This document shows positions 29,371-39,301 of a stretch of 64,000 bases of DNA, in pieces. This stretch comes from Planctomycetota bacterium. Lineage in GTDB: Bacteria > Planctomycetota > GCA-002687715 > CAIWVZ01. Below the pieces are notes generated by a model. It made no database searches, was not told the origin of the DNA, and worked only from the letters and a program-made list of their open reading frames with translations. The position numbers and the translations under genes are program-made. Every line of letters begins with the position of its first letter. Positions within the stretch are counted from its first letter, which is position 1. The DNA lies in the NCBI GenBank assembly GCA_044222185.1, contig JBGANV010000001.1:480001-544000 (forward strand), read 5' to 3'.

Positions 29371-31673
29371 CCCGAAGAGCTTCCATCTTCGCGTCCGTCG
29401 TCGTCTGTCTCGTCTGTTCGATGGGCGAACCCACCCCCGCGCAAGTCGTCCTCCGGGGCCCCTACATCCAGCGGCCCGCGCCCACGGAGATGACCATCTG
29501 CTGGCGGACGGACGTCCCTACCGATGCGCGCGTCGACCTCGGCGGAACGCCGGCCCTGCTCACGCAGGCCATCGTCGACCCCACGCTCCGGACCGACCAC
29601 GCGGTCCGGATCACCGGGCTCCAGCCGGCGACGCGCTATTTCTACGCGTTCGGGACGAGCGCCGTGTCGTTGGGCGGGGGTACGCCGGACCACACGTTCC
29701 GCACGAGCCCGCCTGCCGGCCGAAGGTCACCATTCCGCGTCTGGGTGACGGGGGACACGGGATTCGGGTCGCAGGTCCAACGCGACGTGCGCGACGCGTT
29801 CGCCAGGTTCAATGGTGGACATGCGCTGGACCTGTGGCTCATGCTCGGTGACAACGCCTACCTGAACGGCACCGACGCCCAGTACCAGACCGGCCTGTTC
29901 CAGAACATGTACGAAGCGACGCTCCGCAACACGCCGCTCGTCCCGACCATCGGCAATCACGACGCCCAGAGCGCCAACTCCTCCACGCAGACCGGGCCCT
30001 ACTACGACATCTTCACGCTATTCGCGAACGGCGAGGCTGGTGGTGTGCCCTCCGGCACCGAGGCCTACTACTCCTACGACTTCGCGAACGCCCACTTCGT
30101 GTGCCTCGACTCCGCCAACTCGAGCCCCGCGGTCGGGAGCCCCATGCTCACCTGGCTGCAGGCCGATCTCGCCGCGACGACCCGGGAATGGGTCATCGCA
30201 TACTGGCACCACCCGCCCTACACGAAGGGTTCGCACGACTCGGACGTCGAGTATCCCCTGACCGCCATGCGCCAGAACGTGGTCCCGATTCTCGAGGCGT
30301 ACGGCGTCGACCTGGTGCTCTGCGGGCACAGTCACAACTACGAGCGGTCACATCTCCTCGACGGCCACTACGGCGATTCGACGACGTTCGGGCCGCAGCA
30401 CATCGTACAGGGCGGGGCGGGGCAGATCGGGAACGGCGGGGCCTACACCAAGCCGACCGTGAACCGCCTCGCACACCAGGGAACCGTCTACGCCGTGGTC
30501 GGATGCTCTGGGACCGTCGTGACGAGTTCGCCGCTGAACCATCCGGCCATGGTGAACAGCCTCGCTGTGATGGGGTCCGCGGCCCTGGACATCAACGGAG
30601 ACCAACTCGACCTCACGTTCGTCGACATCACGGGGGAGGTGCGGGACGTCGTGACTCTCGTGAAGGGAGGGGCGACGCCCGTCGACCGCGGTCACGTCCT
30701 GTTCCAGCCGGGATCGGTCTGGCGGTTCGACGATTCGGGCACCGACCTCGGGTCGTCCTGGGCCGCGCCGGCCTATCCTGACGCGAACTGGGCGTCGGGT
30801 CCCGGGGTGTTCGGCTTTGGTGAACCCTACGTCGCCACGCCGGTCAATCCCGGTCCGTCGCCCACCTCCGTGACCCCCACGATCTACTTCCGCAAGACGT
30901 TCGGGCTGCCGATGGCGCCGGCGCTCGTGGACCGCCTGCAGCTCTACGTGGGGTATGACGACGGCTTCGTGGCGTGGCTGAACGGCGTCGAGGTCGCGCG
31001 GTCCCCCTCCATGCCCCCCGGGCCCGCGCTGTTTTCGACCCTCGCGGCTTCGCACGAGGCTCTCACGTACGAGCCATTCGATCTGACCCCGTACCGCAAT
31101 CTCCTGCTTCCGGTGGGGAACGTCCTGGCCGTCGAGGTTCACCAGACCTCCGCCACGAGTTCCGATCTCATCTTCGATGCCGCGCTGCGCGCCGATGCGT
31201 TCGTGCCGTACCTTGGCCCCTGCGCGACCGGGACCATCGTCGATGCCACGGGCTTCGCGACCGACGTCCTCACGGTGAATGGTTCCTCCGGCGGTGCGGG
31301 CCGGAGCGTCGATGCGCCGTCAGCCGGGCCGCTCGTCGTGCGCGTCTCCTCGCCTCCGAACTCGGGTGCGGTTCCGCTCGCCCTCTTTGCCTACCTGGGA
31401 ACCCCCGGTCCAACGGACGAACTTCCGCTCCCGGGCGTCGGCACCGCATGCTTCATGCCAGCGATCCTCGCTCCGGGGACGCCCGGGCTCGTGTTCCTCG
31501 CGGACGGCTTCGGGACCGGCGCACCGGCCCTCTTTACCGCGACACCGACACCCTGGTTCGTCTCGATCGGAGGCGGCGCGCCCGTCGGGTTCCAGGCGAC
31601 CATGCAGGGCGCGGTGCTCCAAGGTGGTCAGTTCAAACTCACGAACGCCGTGCGCATGATCGTCGTGCCTTGA
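29367..31673 (+). CDS. Secreted purple acid phosphatase-like metallophosphoesterase with Fn3-like N-domain and extra C-terminal domains
   Basis: Signal peptide; RGPYIQ; GD.G, GDNAY, GNHD, HHPPY, GHSHNYER; later YFRKTF/DDGFVAWLNG/LAVEVHQ beta-sandwich. Confidence 0.9.
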   Translation: MTRRASIFASVVVCLVCSMGEPTPAQVVLRGPYIQRPAPTEMTICWRTDVPTDARVDLGGTPALLTQAIVDPTLRTDHAVRITGLQPATRYFYAFGTSAVSLGGGTPDHTFRTSPPAGRRSPFRVWVTGDTGFGSQVQRDVRDAFARFNGGHALDLWLMLGDNAYLNGTDAQYQTGLFQNMYEATLRNTPLVPTIGNHDAQSANSSTQTGPYYDIFTLFANGEAGGVPSGTEAYYSYDFANAHFVCLDSANSSPAVGSPMLTWLQADLAATTREWVIAYWHHPPYTKGSHDSDVEYPLTAMRQNVVPILEAYGVDLVLCGHSHNYERSHLLDGHYGDSTTFGPQHIVQGGAGQIGNGGAYTKPTVNRLAHQGTVYAVVGCSGTVVTSSPLNHPAMVNSLAVMGSAALDINGDQLDLTFVDITGEVRDVVTLVKGGATPVDRGHVLFQPGSVWRFDDSGTDLGSSWAAPAYPDANWASGPGVFGFGEPYVATPVNPGPSPTSVTPTIYFRKTFGLPMAPALVDRLQLYVGYDDGFVAWLNGVEVARSPSMPPGPALFSTLAASHEALTYEPFDLTPYRNLLLPVGNVLAVEVHQTSATSSDLIFDAALRADAFVPYLGPCATGTIVDATGFATDVLTVNGSSGGAGRSVDAPSAGPLVVRVSSPPNSGAVPLALFAYLGTPGPTDELPLPGVGTACFMPAILAPGTPGLVFLADGFGTGAPALFTATPTPWFVSIGGGAPVGFQATMQGAVLQGGQFKLTNAVRMIVVP

Positions 31674-31831
31674 ACCGGACGCAGTCGAGGTCAGGACTCG
31701 TGCGGATGAGCCCGAGACCTTCGACGACGCCGCGTGTTGAACCTCGGTGAGTACCCTGGCTCGAATGGCGACTGGCGTGTATCACGCTGGAAGCGCGAGC
31801 CTCTGGAACGGACTCGCCGAGGAGAAACGGG

Positions 31832-32326
31832 ATGACGGGTGCGAAGCAACGACTGGCCGTGGCGCGGGTAAACAACGCATTTCGTGCCGTTGCAACCGAG
31901 CCGATCGGCGTGGGAGATGTCATCACCACGTTCGAGGGCGTGGTCGTCAAGAAGCCGTCGCGATACTCGATCCAACTCGGAGAGAGCGACCACCTTTCCG
32001 TGCCGGGCGACCCTGAACTCCCCGAGTTGCTGGACAAGTACCCGTGGTGTTTCCTGAATCACCATTGCGACCCGAACGCCGTCGTTCGCGGGCGGAGCCT
32101 GGTCGCGCTCCGACCCATCGAGCGCATGGATGAGGTCACCTTCAACTACAACACGACCGAATCGGACATGGCATCGCCATTTCCGTGTGGCTGCGGCGCC
32201 GAGCGCTGCAACGGCAGCGTCATTCGCGGATTCAAACACCTCTCCAAGCCCGAGCGCGAGCGCCTGCGCCCGTGGCTCGCTCCGCACATTCTCCAGCTGA
32301 TGCACGATCGCGTCGCGATGTCGTAG
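31832..32326 (+). CDS. SET-domain (lysine N-methyltransferase-like) protein with post-SET cysteines
   Basis: FLNHHCDPN, VALRPI...DEVTFNY, post-SET CGCG..RC; GAGGAG RBS. Confidence 0.88.
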   Translation: MTGAKQRLAVARVNNAFRAVATEPIGVGDVITTFEGVVVKKPSRYSIQLGESDHLSVPGDPELPELLDKYPWCFLNHHCDPNAVVRGRSLVALRPIERMDEVTFNYNTTESDMASPFPCGCGAERCNGSVIRGFKHLSKPERERLRPWLAPHILQLMHDRVAMS

Positions 32327-32338
32327 CCAACGGCGCCC

Positions 32339-35300
32339 ATGGACGACCCGATGGGACCGTCGTCGCCCGCGTCGGCGACGCCGCCCCCGAACCATCTCGT
32401 GGAGATCTTCGATCGCACGGCCGCAGCCCATGCGGATGCCGTCGCGATCGACGTCCCGCCGTCGTCCAGGCGCGACGTGCGGCAGACTTTCACGTACGGC
32501 CAGATTCAGCGGGAGTCGACGGCCACGGCACGGGCGCTGCGACCCTTCGTCACCGGCGAATGCATCGTCGCGATCCTCCTCCCGCGAGACTCCCGGCTCA
32601 TCTACGTCGCCGAGCTGGGTGTTCTTCGAGCCGGCGCTGCCTACACCGCATTGGATCCGTCGTTCCCGGACGAGCGACTCCGCTTCGTCTTCAGCGACGC
32701 ACGGCCCGCCGCGCTCCTGACGGATGAGGAAGGGAGGACCCGGGCGGTGGCCTGCGGGTTCGACGCGACGCGGATCATCCTCGTCTCGGACGTGACCCGA
32801 GGCGCTGCGCCGCCCCATGCCCCGACCCCCGCGCCGCCATGGCTCGGGCCGACGTCGCTTGCCTACGTCGTGTACACGTCGGGTACGACCGGCAACCCGA
32901 AGGGGGTGATGATCGAGCACGGCAGTGCCGTCAACCTCGTGACCTCCGACCTCGACTACTTCCGACTCGGTGCGGGCGCCCGCGTCGCGCAGGGCTCGTC
33001 GGCCGCCTATGACTCATCCGTCGAGGAGACGTGGCTGGCCCTCGGCTGCGGAGGAACGGTCGTCGTCATGGACGACGAGGCGGCGCGCCTCGGCCCGGAC
33101 CTGGAGGCGTGGCTGCGACGCGAGCGGGTCTCGGTGTTCTGTCCGCCGCCGACCCAGCTGCGCTCGATGGGGGCCATCGATCCGGCTCGCAGCCTTCCTG
33201 ATCTGCGGCTCCTGTACGTCGGCGGCGAGGCGCTTCCGCGCGACGTCGCCGACCGATGGGCGCCGGGACGTTGGCTCGAAAATGGCTACGGTCCGACGGA
33301 GTGCACCGTCACCGTGGTGCGTGGTCGCATCCAGGCCGGGGCTCCCATCATCATCGGTAGACCCGTCCGCGGCAACCACGCGTGGATCTTGGACGAGAGC
33401 CTCTCCGACGTGCCCGCCGGTCAGGTCGGCGAGCTTTGCATCGGCGGCGCGGGACTGTCGCGCGGCTACCTGAATCGACCGGACCTGGATGCGCGCGCGT
33501 TCACGGTTCACGCGCGGCATGGCCGCATCTACCGGACGGGCGATCTGGCACGCGTGACGTCCACGGGCGACCTCGAGTGCCTGGGGCGCATCGACTCCCA
33601 GGTGAAGGTCCGCGGCTACCGCATCGAACTCGAAGCCATCGACCATGCGCTCGTCGCGTGCGACGGGGTTCGCGCCGCGGCGAGCCGCGTCCAGAATGCC
33701 GAGGGCGATTCGATCCTCGTGGGGTACGTCGTTCCGGCGATTCCTCGCGACCCGCCCGACCCGGCGCGGCTGAAGGATGCACTGCGAGAACGCTTTCCTG
33801 ACTACATGGTGCCGTCGCGGTTCATGCTGGTCTCCGAGCTTCCGACGACGCCCGGCGGGAAGCTGGACCGGCGGGCGCTGCCGGACGCGCCGGCCCCGAT
33901 CGCGGACGACGGTGCGCCAGCCGTCCTGCCACGCGACGAACTGGAGCGACGCATCACGCAATCCGTGCAGACGGCGCTCCGGCGCCCGTCCCCAGCGTCG
34001 ATCGACGCGGACTTCTTCCACGATCTCGGCGGTGACTCGCTCGGTGCAGCGCTCCTCGTTTCGGCGCTTCGTGCCGATCCGCAGACGGCGAGCCTCACCG
34101 TGCGGGACGTCTACGACGCCCGCAGCGTGGCGAGGCTCGCCGCGCGCGCGCGCGCCCTCGGGCCCGTCGCTGCCACGGCGCCCATGCGGCGAGGGAAATC
34201 GCAGTGGCGGCCCGTCCTCGTGTCCGTGGGGCAGGCGAGTTGGCTTCTCGTTCGACTCGTCGTGGGATCCGCGGTGCTGTATTGGGGCGCCATGCGCGGG
34301 ATGCCGTGGGTCGTGGATCGGCTCGGCCCCGCTGGCGCGTTGCTCCTCACGCCGGTTGCCGCTCTCGCCTGGCTTCCAATCCACGTCGCACTGGCCACGC
34401 GCACGGCCGCGCTCGCAAAACGCATCCTGATCGGTCGCTACGAGCCCCGGCGCGAGCGCGCGTGGGGTGGTTTCTATCTGCGGCACTGGTTGGTGCAGCA
34501 GGTCGTGCGGCCGATTCCGGTGCGCATCCTCCAGGGCACGGTCTTCTTCAACTGGGTGTTGCGTGCCCTCGGTGCCGACGTCGGGCGGCGCGTCCACATC
34601 CACCGTGGCGTCGACATGATGCGTGGCGGCTGGGACCTTCTCACGATCGGCGACGATGCGGCCATCGCCCAGGACGCGGCCGTTCGACTCGTGGACTACG
34701 ACGATGGCGACGTCGTCGTGGGCGCGGTGACGGTCGGCGCAGGCAGCGTGATCGAGACGCGCGCGTCTGTGGGCCCAGGCACGTGCGTGGGAGAGGGGGC
34801 GACGCTTTGTGCGCTCTCGTCGCTGCCCGCCGGGGGACGAATCCCCGCCACGGAGCGGTGGGACGGCGTCCCCGCTCACTGTGTGGGGCACGCGCACGCG
34901 CCTGCGGCGAGCGCGTCGCCCGCGGGCATGAATCCGACCGTGCACGGTCTGCTCCTCGTCGCATCCCGCGCGTTGGTCCGTGGCCTCGTCTTCTACGCCC
35001 CGCTGGCACTCGTGATGCAAGTCGCGATGACGGCGTTCAATCTCACATCCGAACGCGTCACTGCCTATCTGACCGACCCCAGTCTCGACCCGGCGATCCT
35101 GTCGAGGCTCATGGGTTTCGCGTTCACGGACGTCATCTTGTCGCTCCTCGCGCGCGCGGCGATCTGTCGGCTCATGGGGCGTGTTCGGCCCGGGAGCATC
35201 GGCCGTTGGAGCCCAGCCTACGTGCGCGTGCTCCTGAAGACGGAACTGGTCGAGTCCGCGGGTGATTGGATCAGCGGGACGATGTTCTGGCCGATCTGGC

Positions 35301-36361
35301 TTCGCGCCGCCGGAATGCACGTGGGAGCAGACTGCGAAGTCAGCACGATCATCGACGTCGTCCCGGAGATGGTCGGGATCGCGGACGGGTGCTTCCTCGC
35401 GGACGGCATCTACCTCGGCGGAGCTCGCGTCGAACGAAGCGTCGTGACGCTCGCGCCGACGCGGCTCGGGCGAGACAGCTTCATCGGGAACCACGCCGTC
35501 ATTCCGGCGGGAGCCGACCTGCCGGACGGGATCCTGGTCGGCCTCTCGACGGTGGCGGATGCCTCCCGCATCACCCCTGGTAGCTCGTGGTTTGGGCACC
35601 CGGCCATGGAACTTCCGAAACGAGAGATCGTCATCGCCGACCGCGCGCACACCCACTCTCCCGGAGTCGTTCGCTACGTGACGCGGCTGGTCTGGGAATC
35701 TCTGCGCGTGACGCTTCCCGTCGTCCCGATTTCCGTCGGACTGCTCTGGTTCGAGGCGCTCGCGCGCTGCGCGAGAACCCACGGGACTGCGATCATGATC
35801 TTCGTCGCCGCGCCGATCGTGACACTGCTGGCCGCGGGCGGGCTCTGTGCGTTCGTCATCGCGCTCAAATGGTTCCTGTTGGGCCGAGTCAAGCCGGGCC
35901 AGCACGTGCTCTGGTCCTGCTGGTGCAGCCGGTGGGATTTCCTCTACGTCGCGTGGAACTTCTACGTCCGCGGGATCCTCTCGGCGCTGGAAGGCACCCT
36001 CATCCTTCCCTGGGTGCTCCGGGCGTCAGGCTGTCGTATCGGCCGGCGCGTCCTGCTCGGAAGCGGCTTCGCGCAGGTCGTCGACCCCGACATGCTCGTC
36101 ATCGAGGACGACGCCACCGTGACGGGGATGTTCCAGGCGCACACGTTCGAGGACCGCGTCCTGAAGATCGACCGCGTGACGATCCGGCGGGGAGCGACCG
36201 TCGGGAGCGGAGCGGTGCTGTTCTATGGGGCCGACGTCGGCGAGGGCGCGACCGTCGCCATGCATGGGGTCGTGATGAAGCACGAGCGCCTGCTGCCGGG
36301 CGTGACCTACTGTGGATGTCCGACACGTCCCGTGAAAACACCTCCGCGCCCGCAGCCCTGA
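32339..36361 (+). CDS. Pls/PosA-family single-module membrane NRPS (A-T plus three TM/left-handed beta-helix repeats), poly(amino acid) synthetase-like
   Basis: A-domain motifs YTSGTTGNPKG, NGYGPTE, GELCIGG..LSRGY, YRTGDL, GRIDSQVKVRGYRIEL, GKLDR; T domain DFFHDLGGDSL; three repeats of hydrophobic helices + 'LRA.G..[VI]G' + hexapeptide; no C or TE domain. Confidence 0.92.
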   Translation: MDDPMGPSSPASATPPPNHLVEIFDRTAAAHADAVAIDVPPSSRRDVRQTFTYGQIQRESTATARALRPFVTGECIVAILLPRDSRLIYVAELGVLRAGAAYTALDPSFPDERLRFVFSDARPAALLTDEEGRTRAVACGFDATRIILVSDVTRGAAPPHAPTPAPPWLGPTSLAYVVYTSGTTGNPKGVMIEHGSAVNLVTSDLDYFRLGAGARVAQGSSAAYDSSVEETWLALGCGGTVVVMDDEAARLGPDLEAWLRRERVSVFCPPPTQLRSMGAIDPARSLPDLRLLYVGGEALPRDVADRWAPGRWLENGYGPTECTVTVVRGRIQAGAPIIIGRPVRGNHAWILDESLSDVPAGQVGELCIGGAGLSRGYLNRPDLDARAFTVHARHGRIYRTGDLARVTSTGDLECLGRIDSQVKVRGYRIELEAIDHALVACDGVRAAASRVQNAEGDSILVGYVVPAIPRDPPDPARLKDALRERFPDYMVPSRFMLVSELPTTPGGKLDRRALPDAPAPIADDGAPAVLPRDELERRITQSVQTALRRPSPASIDADFFHDLGGDSLGAALLVSALRADPQTASLTVRDVYDARSVARLAARARALGPVAATAPMRRGKSQWRPVLVSVGQASWLLVRLVVGSAVLYWGAMRGMPWVVDRLGPAGALLLTPVAALAWLPIHVALATRTAALAKRILIGRYEPRRERAWGGFYLRHWLVQQVVRPIPVRILQGTVFFNWVLRALGADVGRRVHIHRGVDMMRGGWDLLTIGDDAAIAQDAAVRLVDYDDGDVVVGAVTVGAGSVIETRASVGPGTCVGEGATLCALSSLPAGGRIPATERWDGVPAHCVGHAHAPAASASPAGMNPTVHGLLLVASRALVRGLVFYAPLALVMQVAMTAFNLTSERVTAYLTDPSLDPAILSRLMGFAFTDVILSLLARAAICRLMGRVRPGSIGRWSPAYVRVLLKTELVESAGDWISGTMFWPIWLRAAGMHVGADCEVSTIIDVVPEMVGIADGCFLADGIYLGGARVERSVVTLAPTRLGRDSFIGNHAVIPAGADLPDGILVGLSTVADASRITPGSSWFGHPAMELPKREIVIADRAHTHSPGVVRYVTRLVWESLRVTLPVVPISVGLLWFEALARCARTHGTAIMIFVAAPIVTLLAAGGLCAFVIALKWFLLGRVKPGQHVLWSCWCSRWDFLYVAWNFYVRGILSALEGTLILPWVLRASGCRIGRRVLLGSGFAQVVDPDMLVIEDDATVTGMFQAHTFEDRVLKIDRVTIRRGATVGSGAVLFYGADVGEGATVAMHGVVMKHERLLPGVTYCGCPTRPVKTPPRPQP

Positions 36362-36470
36362 GCTGCTCCAATCGACCGCGTGCCACGCGCGGCGCGCCGC
36401 GTCGCCTGGGCTCGAGTCGACAGAACGTCCGCGCCTCGACACCAGAAGGTCGTGGGCTTCCTCAGGAACC

Positions 36471-36480
36471 GCTTCCTGAG
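36471..36480. terminator. 3' part of a perfect hairpin (full span 36461-36480) downstream of the NRPS
   Basis: CTCAGGAA-CCGC-TTCCTGAG; no U-tract, so it could instead be an operator palindrome. Confidence 0.3.
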
Positions 36481-36807
36481 CTCAGAGCCGCCGAGGCGCT
36501 GTCGCACCGGTCGGATCTGACGGGGCGCGACGCGGAATTCGTTGCAACGCCTGAGGCGCGTGCCCGCCGCCACCGCGCCTGACCGCGATCTGCCTGAGCG
36601 CGCGCCTGACGGCGTGCTCGCATGGCTCGGCTCGTTTCACAGCACGTTCGCAATCGGACGATCATGTTTGAAGCCGCGTGGGGCGGCGTCCGGCTCGCGT
36701 CGCGGGGACTGCGGTGCCGCGCGAACGGGACCGAGCGGATTCGGGCGCACGATCGAGTCGCCGAGCACCGCTGCGGTCGACTTCAATCCCTGACGACGAC
36801 TGATTCG

Positions 36808-38013
36808 ATGGCGACGACACTTCCAGGCATTCTCTTCGTCGACGACGAGCCGTCCATACTCGATGGACTCCGTCGTTCGATGCGCGGCCACCGGCATGAA
36901 TGGGACATGTCCTTCGCGTGCAACGGCGCGGACGCGCTCGATCAGATGGCACGCTCGCCCGCCGCGGTGATCGTCTCGGACATGCGGATGCCGGGGATCG
37001 ACGGCCCCGCGCTTCTCGGGCGTGTCCAGGCCCAATGGCCCGACACGATCCGCATCGTCCTCTCCGGCTATGCGGACACCGATGCCGCGATGCGGTCCGT
37101 CCTCGTCGCACACCAGGTTCTGTGCAAGCCCTGCGAGCCGGCCGACCTCACGGCGACTCTCGTTCGCGCGTGCGCGATCCGCGCGCTCTTGCGAGACGAA
37201 CGACTCCGCCGACGCCTTGGCGGCGTGGAGGCGCTCCCGAGCCTGCCCCGCATCTACCGCGAGGCATCGCGTCTCCTCGCGACCCAGAACCCGTCATTCG
37301 ACGAACTTGCGGCACTCGTCCGCGAGGATCCCGCGGTGTGCAGCAAGGTCCTTCACCTCGTGAATTCGAGCTTCTTCGGACTGGCGCGAACGCTCACGAG
37401 CGTCCGCGACGCGGTCGCCTACCTCGGACTCACGAGGCTGCGCAGGCTGCTGTTGTCCGTGGCCATCTTTCGTGAGGCCGAGTCGTGTCAGGCGCTTTCG
37501 GTCGAAACGGAACAACTCCATGCAATCATGACGGGCCAGCTCGCATCGGCGATCGTGAGAGATCAGACGCTCGCCGACGACGCGTTCGTCGCAGGGATGC
37601 TCCACGACATGGGGCGGCTGATCATCGCGACCCGGCTTCCGGACCTCTACCACGACGTCGTGAACCGCGCGGCTGCCACCGGGAAGTCCGAGGCGGACGT
37701 CGAACTGGACGTGTTGGGGGTAGGTCACGCCGAGGTCGGAGCGTACGTGCTCGGGATCTGGGGGCTTCCACCGAACGTCGTCGAGGCCGTCGCATTCCAT
37801 CACGCACCGGAGCGGTCGAATGGCATGGGCGACGACGTGCTCACCGCGGTGCACGTCGCGGACGCACTCGTCACCGAGGTGTCGAGGGACGACTTCAGCC
37901 AGAGTCGGCGGGAGCGTCCCGTGTTGAATCTCGCGCACGTCGCGGAACGGGGAATGGCCGGCGACCTCGAGACGTGGCGTGCCATGGTGTCCGCCAAGCG
38001 GAGCGAAGGATGA
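36808..38013 (+). CDS. Response regulator REC-HDOD
   Basis: ILFVDDE, VSDMRMPGIDG, KPC; LPSLP, DPA...KVLHLVNSSFFGL, GMLHDMG, GHAEVGAY.L..WGLP. Confidence 0.92.
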   Translation: MATTLPGILFVDDEPSILDGLRRSMRGHRHEWDMSFACNGADALDQMARSPAAVIVSDMRMPGIDGPALLGRVQAQWPDTIRIVLSGYADTDAAMRSVLVAHQVLCKPCEPADLTATLVRACAIRALLRDERLRRRLGGVEALPSLPRIYREASRLLATQNPSFDELAALVREDPAVCSKVLHLVNSSFFGLARTLTSVRDAVAYLGLTRLRRLLLSVAIFREAESCQALSVETEQLHAIMTGQLASAIVRDQTLADDAFVAGMLHDMGRLIIATRLPDLYHDVVNRAAATGKSEADVELDVLGVGHAEVGAYVLGIWGLPPNVVEAVAFHHAPERSNGMGDDVLTAVHVADALVTEVSRDDFSQSRRERPVLNLAHVAERGMAGDLETWRAMVSAKRSEG

Positions 38014-38107
38014 CCGGCGCACGAGAGGGATGTGGGCCGGAACTGCGCCTGGCTCGCACAACGCGCGGAAGGCTCGGAGTCCAGTCGATCGACAACCGCG
38101 GCGGAGC

Positions 38108-39301
38108 ATGGCAGTGATCAGAACCTCGGTCGTCGTGTGCCTCGCACTCGGGTTGATGATCACGGCGCCGGTCGGCGCCCAGGCTGCCGACCGTCCACCG
38201 AAGCTAGTGCTCGGCATGTCGACGGCGCTCAGCGGACCGGCGGCTGCGCTCGGCACGAGCGTGCGCGACGGCGTGCAGGTTGCGATCGCCGAAGCGAACG
38301 CCGGGGGAGGGAAACCTCGCCGGCAACTCGAACTCGTCGCGCTGGACGACGGATACGAACCGGCGCAAGCGGGTCCCAACATGCGCCGCCTCATCCAGGA
38401 GTACAAGGTTCGCGCCATCGTCGGGAACATGGGGACGCCGACGGCCGTCGCGGCCATTCCGATCGCGGAGTCGAGCCACATCCCGTTCTTCGGTGCCTAC
38501 TCGGGGGGTGGCGTCCTGCGCCGTGAACCACCGGACAAGTACGTCATCAATTTCCGTGCGAGCTACGCCGAGGAGACCGCCGCGATGGTGGACGCACTCC
38601 TCGACCACGCCGGGCTCAAGGTGGACGAGATCGCGTTCTTCACGCAGCGCGACGCGTACGGCGACGCCGGATACGCCGGTGGCATTGCCGCCCTCACGCG
38701 CCGGGGCTTGAAGGACGAGCAGCAGGTCATCCACTGTCGTTACGAGCGAAACACGGTCGTGGTCGAACCCGCCGTCGCGGATCTCCTGCAGGCGGACCAT
38801 CCACCGAGAGCCGTCATCATGGTCGGGACGTTCGCGCCTTGCGCGCGATTCGTGAAACTCGCACGGGCGAGCGGATTGTCGCCGCGCTTTCTCACCGTCT
38901 CGTTCGTCGGGACAGAGCCACTCGCGAAGGCGCTTGGAGCGGACGGCGACGGCGTCGTCGTCACCCAGGTCGTTCCACACCCCGGTGGCAACGCGAAGAT
39001 CGCCGTGGAGTACAGGCAGGCACTCCGGTCGTTCGGCCCGATGGCCGAGCCTGGTTTTGGATCCTTCGAAGGGTACGCGGCGATGCGAGTGCTCCTGCGG
39101 GCATTGGCGCGCGTCGACGGTGAGCTGGCGCCGGACGCAATCGTCGCCGCACTCGAGGGGCTGGGCAGCTTCGACATCGGGCTCGGCGCACCGCTCTTCC
39201 TGGACGCGCGGCACCATCAGGCCTGCCATCAGGTCTGGCCCACGGTCCTTCGAGATGGCCGTGCGGTCGAAATGCAGTGGACGGAGTTGGGCGAGAAATG
39301 A
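38108..39301 (+). CDS. Periplasmic solute-binding protein, type I (LivK/Peripla_BP_6-like)
   Basis: Signal peptide; LGMSTALSGP, LDDGYEP, GTPT, FRASYAEE, D.YG.AG, VVVTQVVP, FEGY. Confidence 0.9.
   Translation: MAVIRTSVVVCLALGLMITAPVGAQAADRPPKLVLGMSTALSGPAAALGTSVRDGVQVAIAEANAGGGKPRRQLELVALDDGYEPAQAGPNMRRLIQEYKVRAIVGNMGTPTAVAAIPIAESSHIPFFGAYSGGGVLRREPPDKYVINFRASYAEETAAMVDALLDHAGLKVDEIAFFTQRDAYGDAGYAGGIAALTRRGLKDEQQVIHCRYERNTVVVEPAVADLLQADHPPRAVIMVGTFAPCARFVKLARASGLSPRFLTVSFVGTEPLAKALGADGDGVVVTQVVPHPGGNAKIAVEYRQALRSFGPMAEPGFGSFEGYAAMRVLLRALARVDGELAPDAIVAALEGLGSFDIGLGAPLFLDARHHQACHQVWPTVLRDGRAVEMQWTELGEK

Noticed and set aside
36623-36639. Possible sigma54 promoter TGGCTCG...TTTC upstream of REC-HDOD
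   Set aside because: Lacks the GG-N10-GC spacing.
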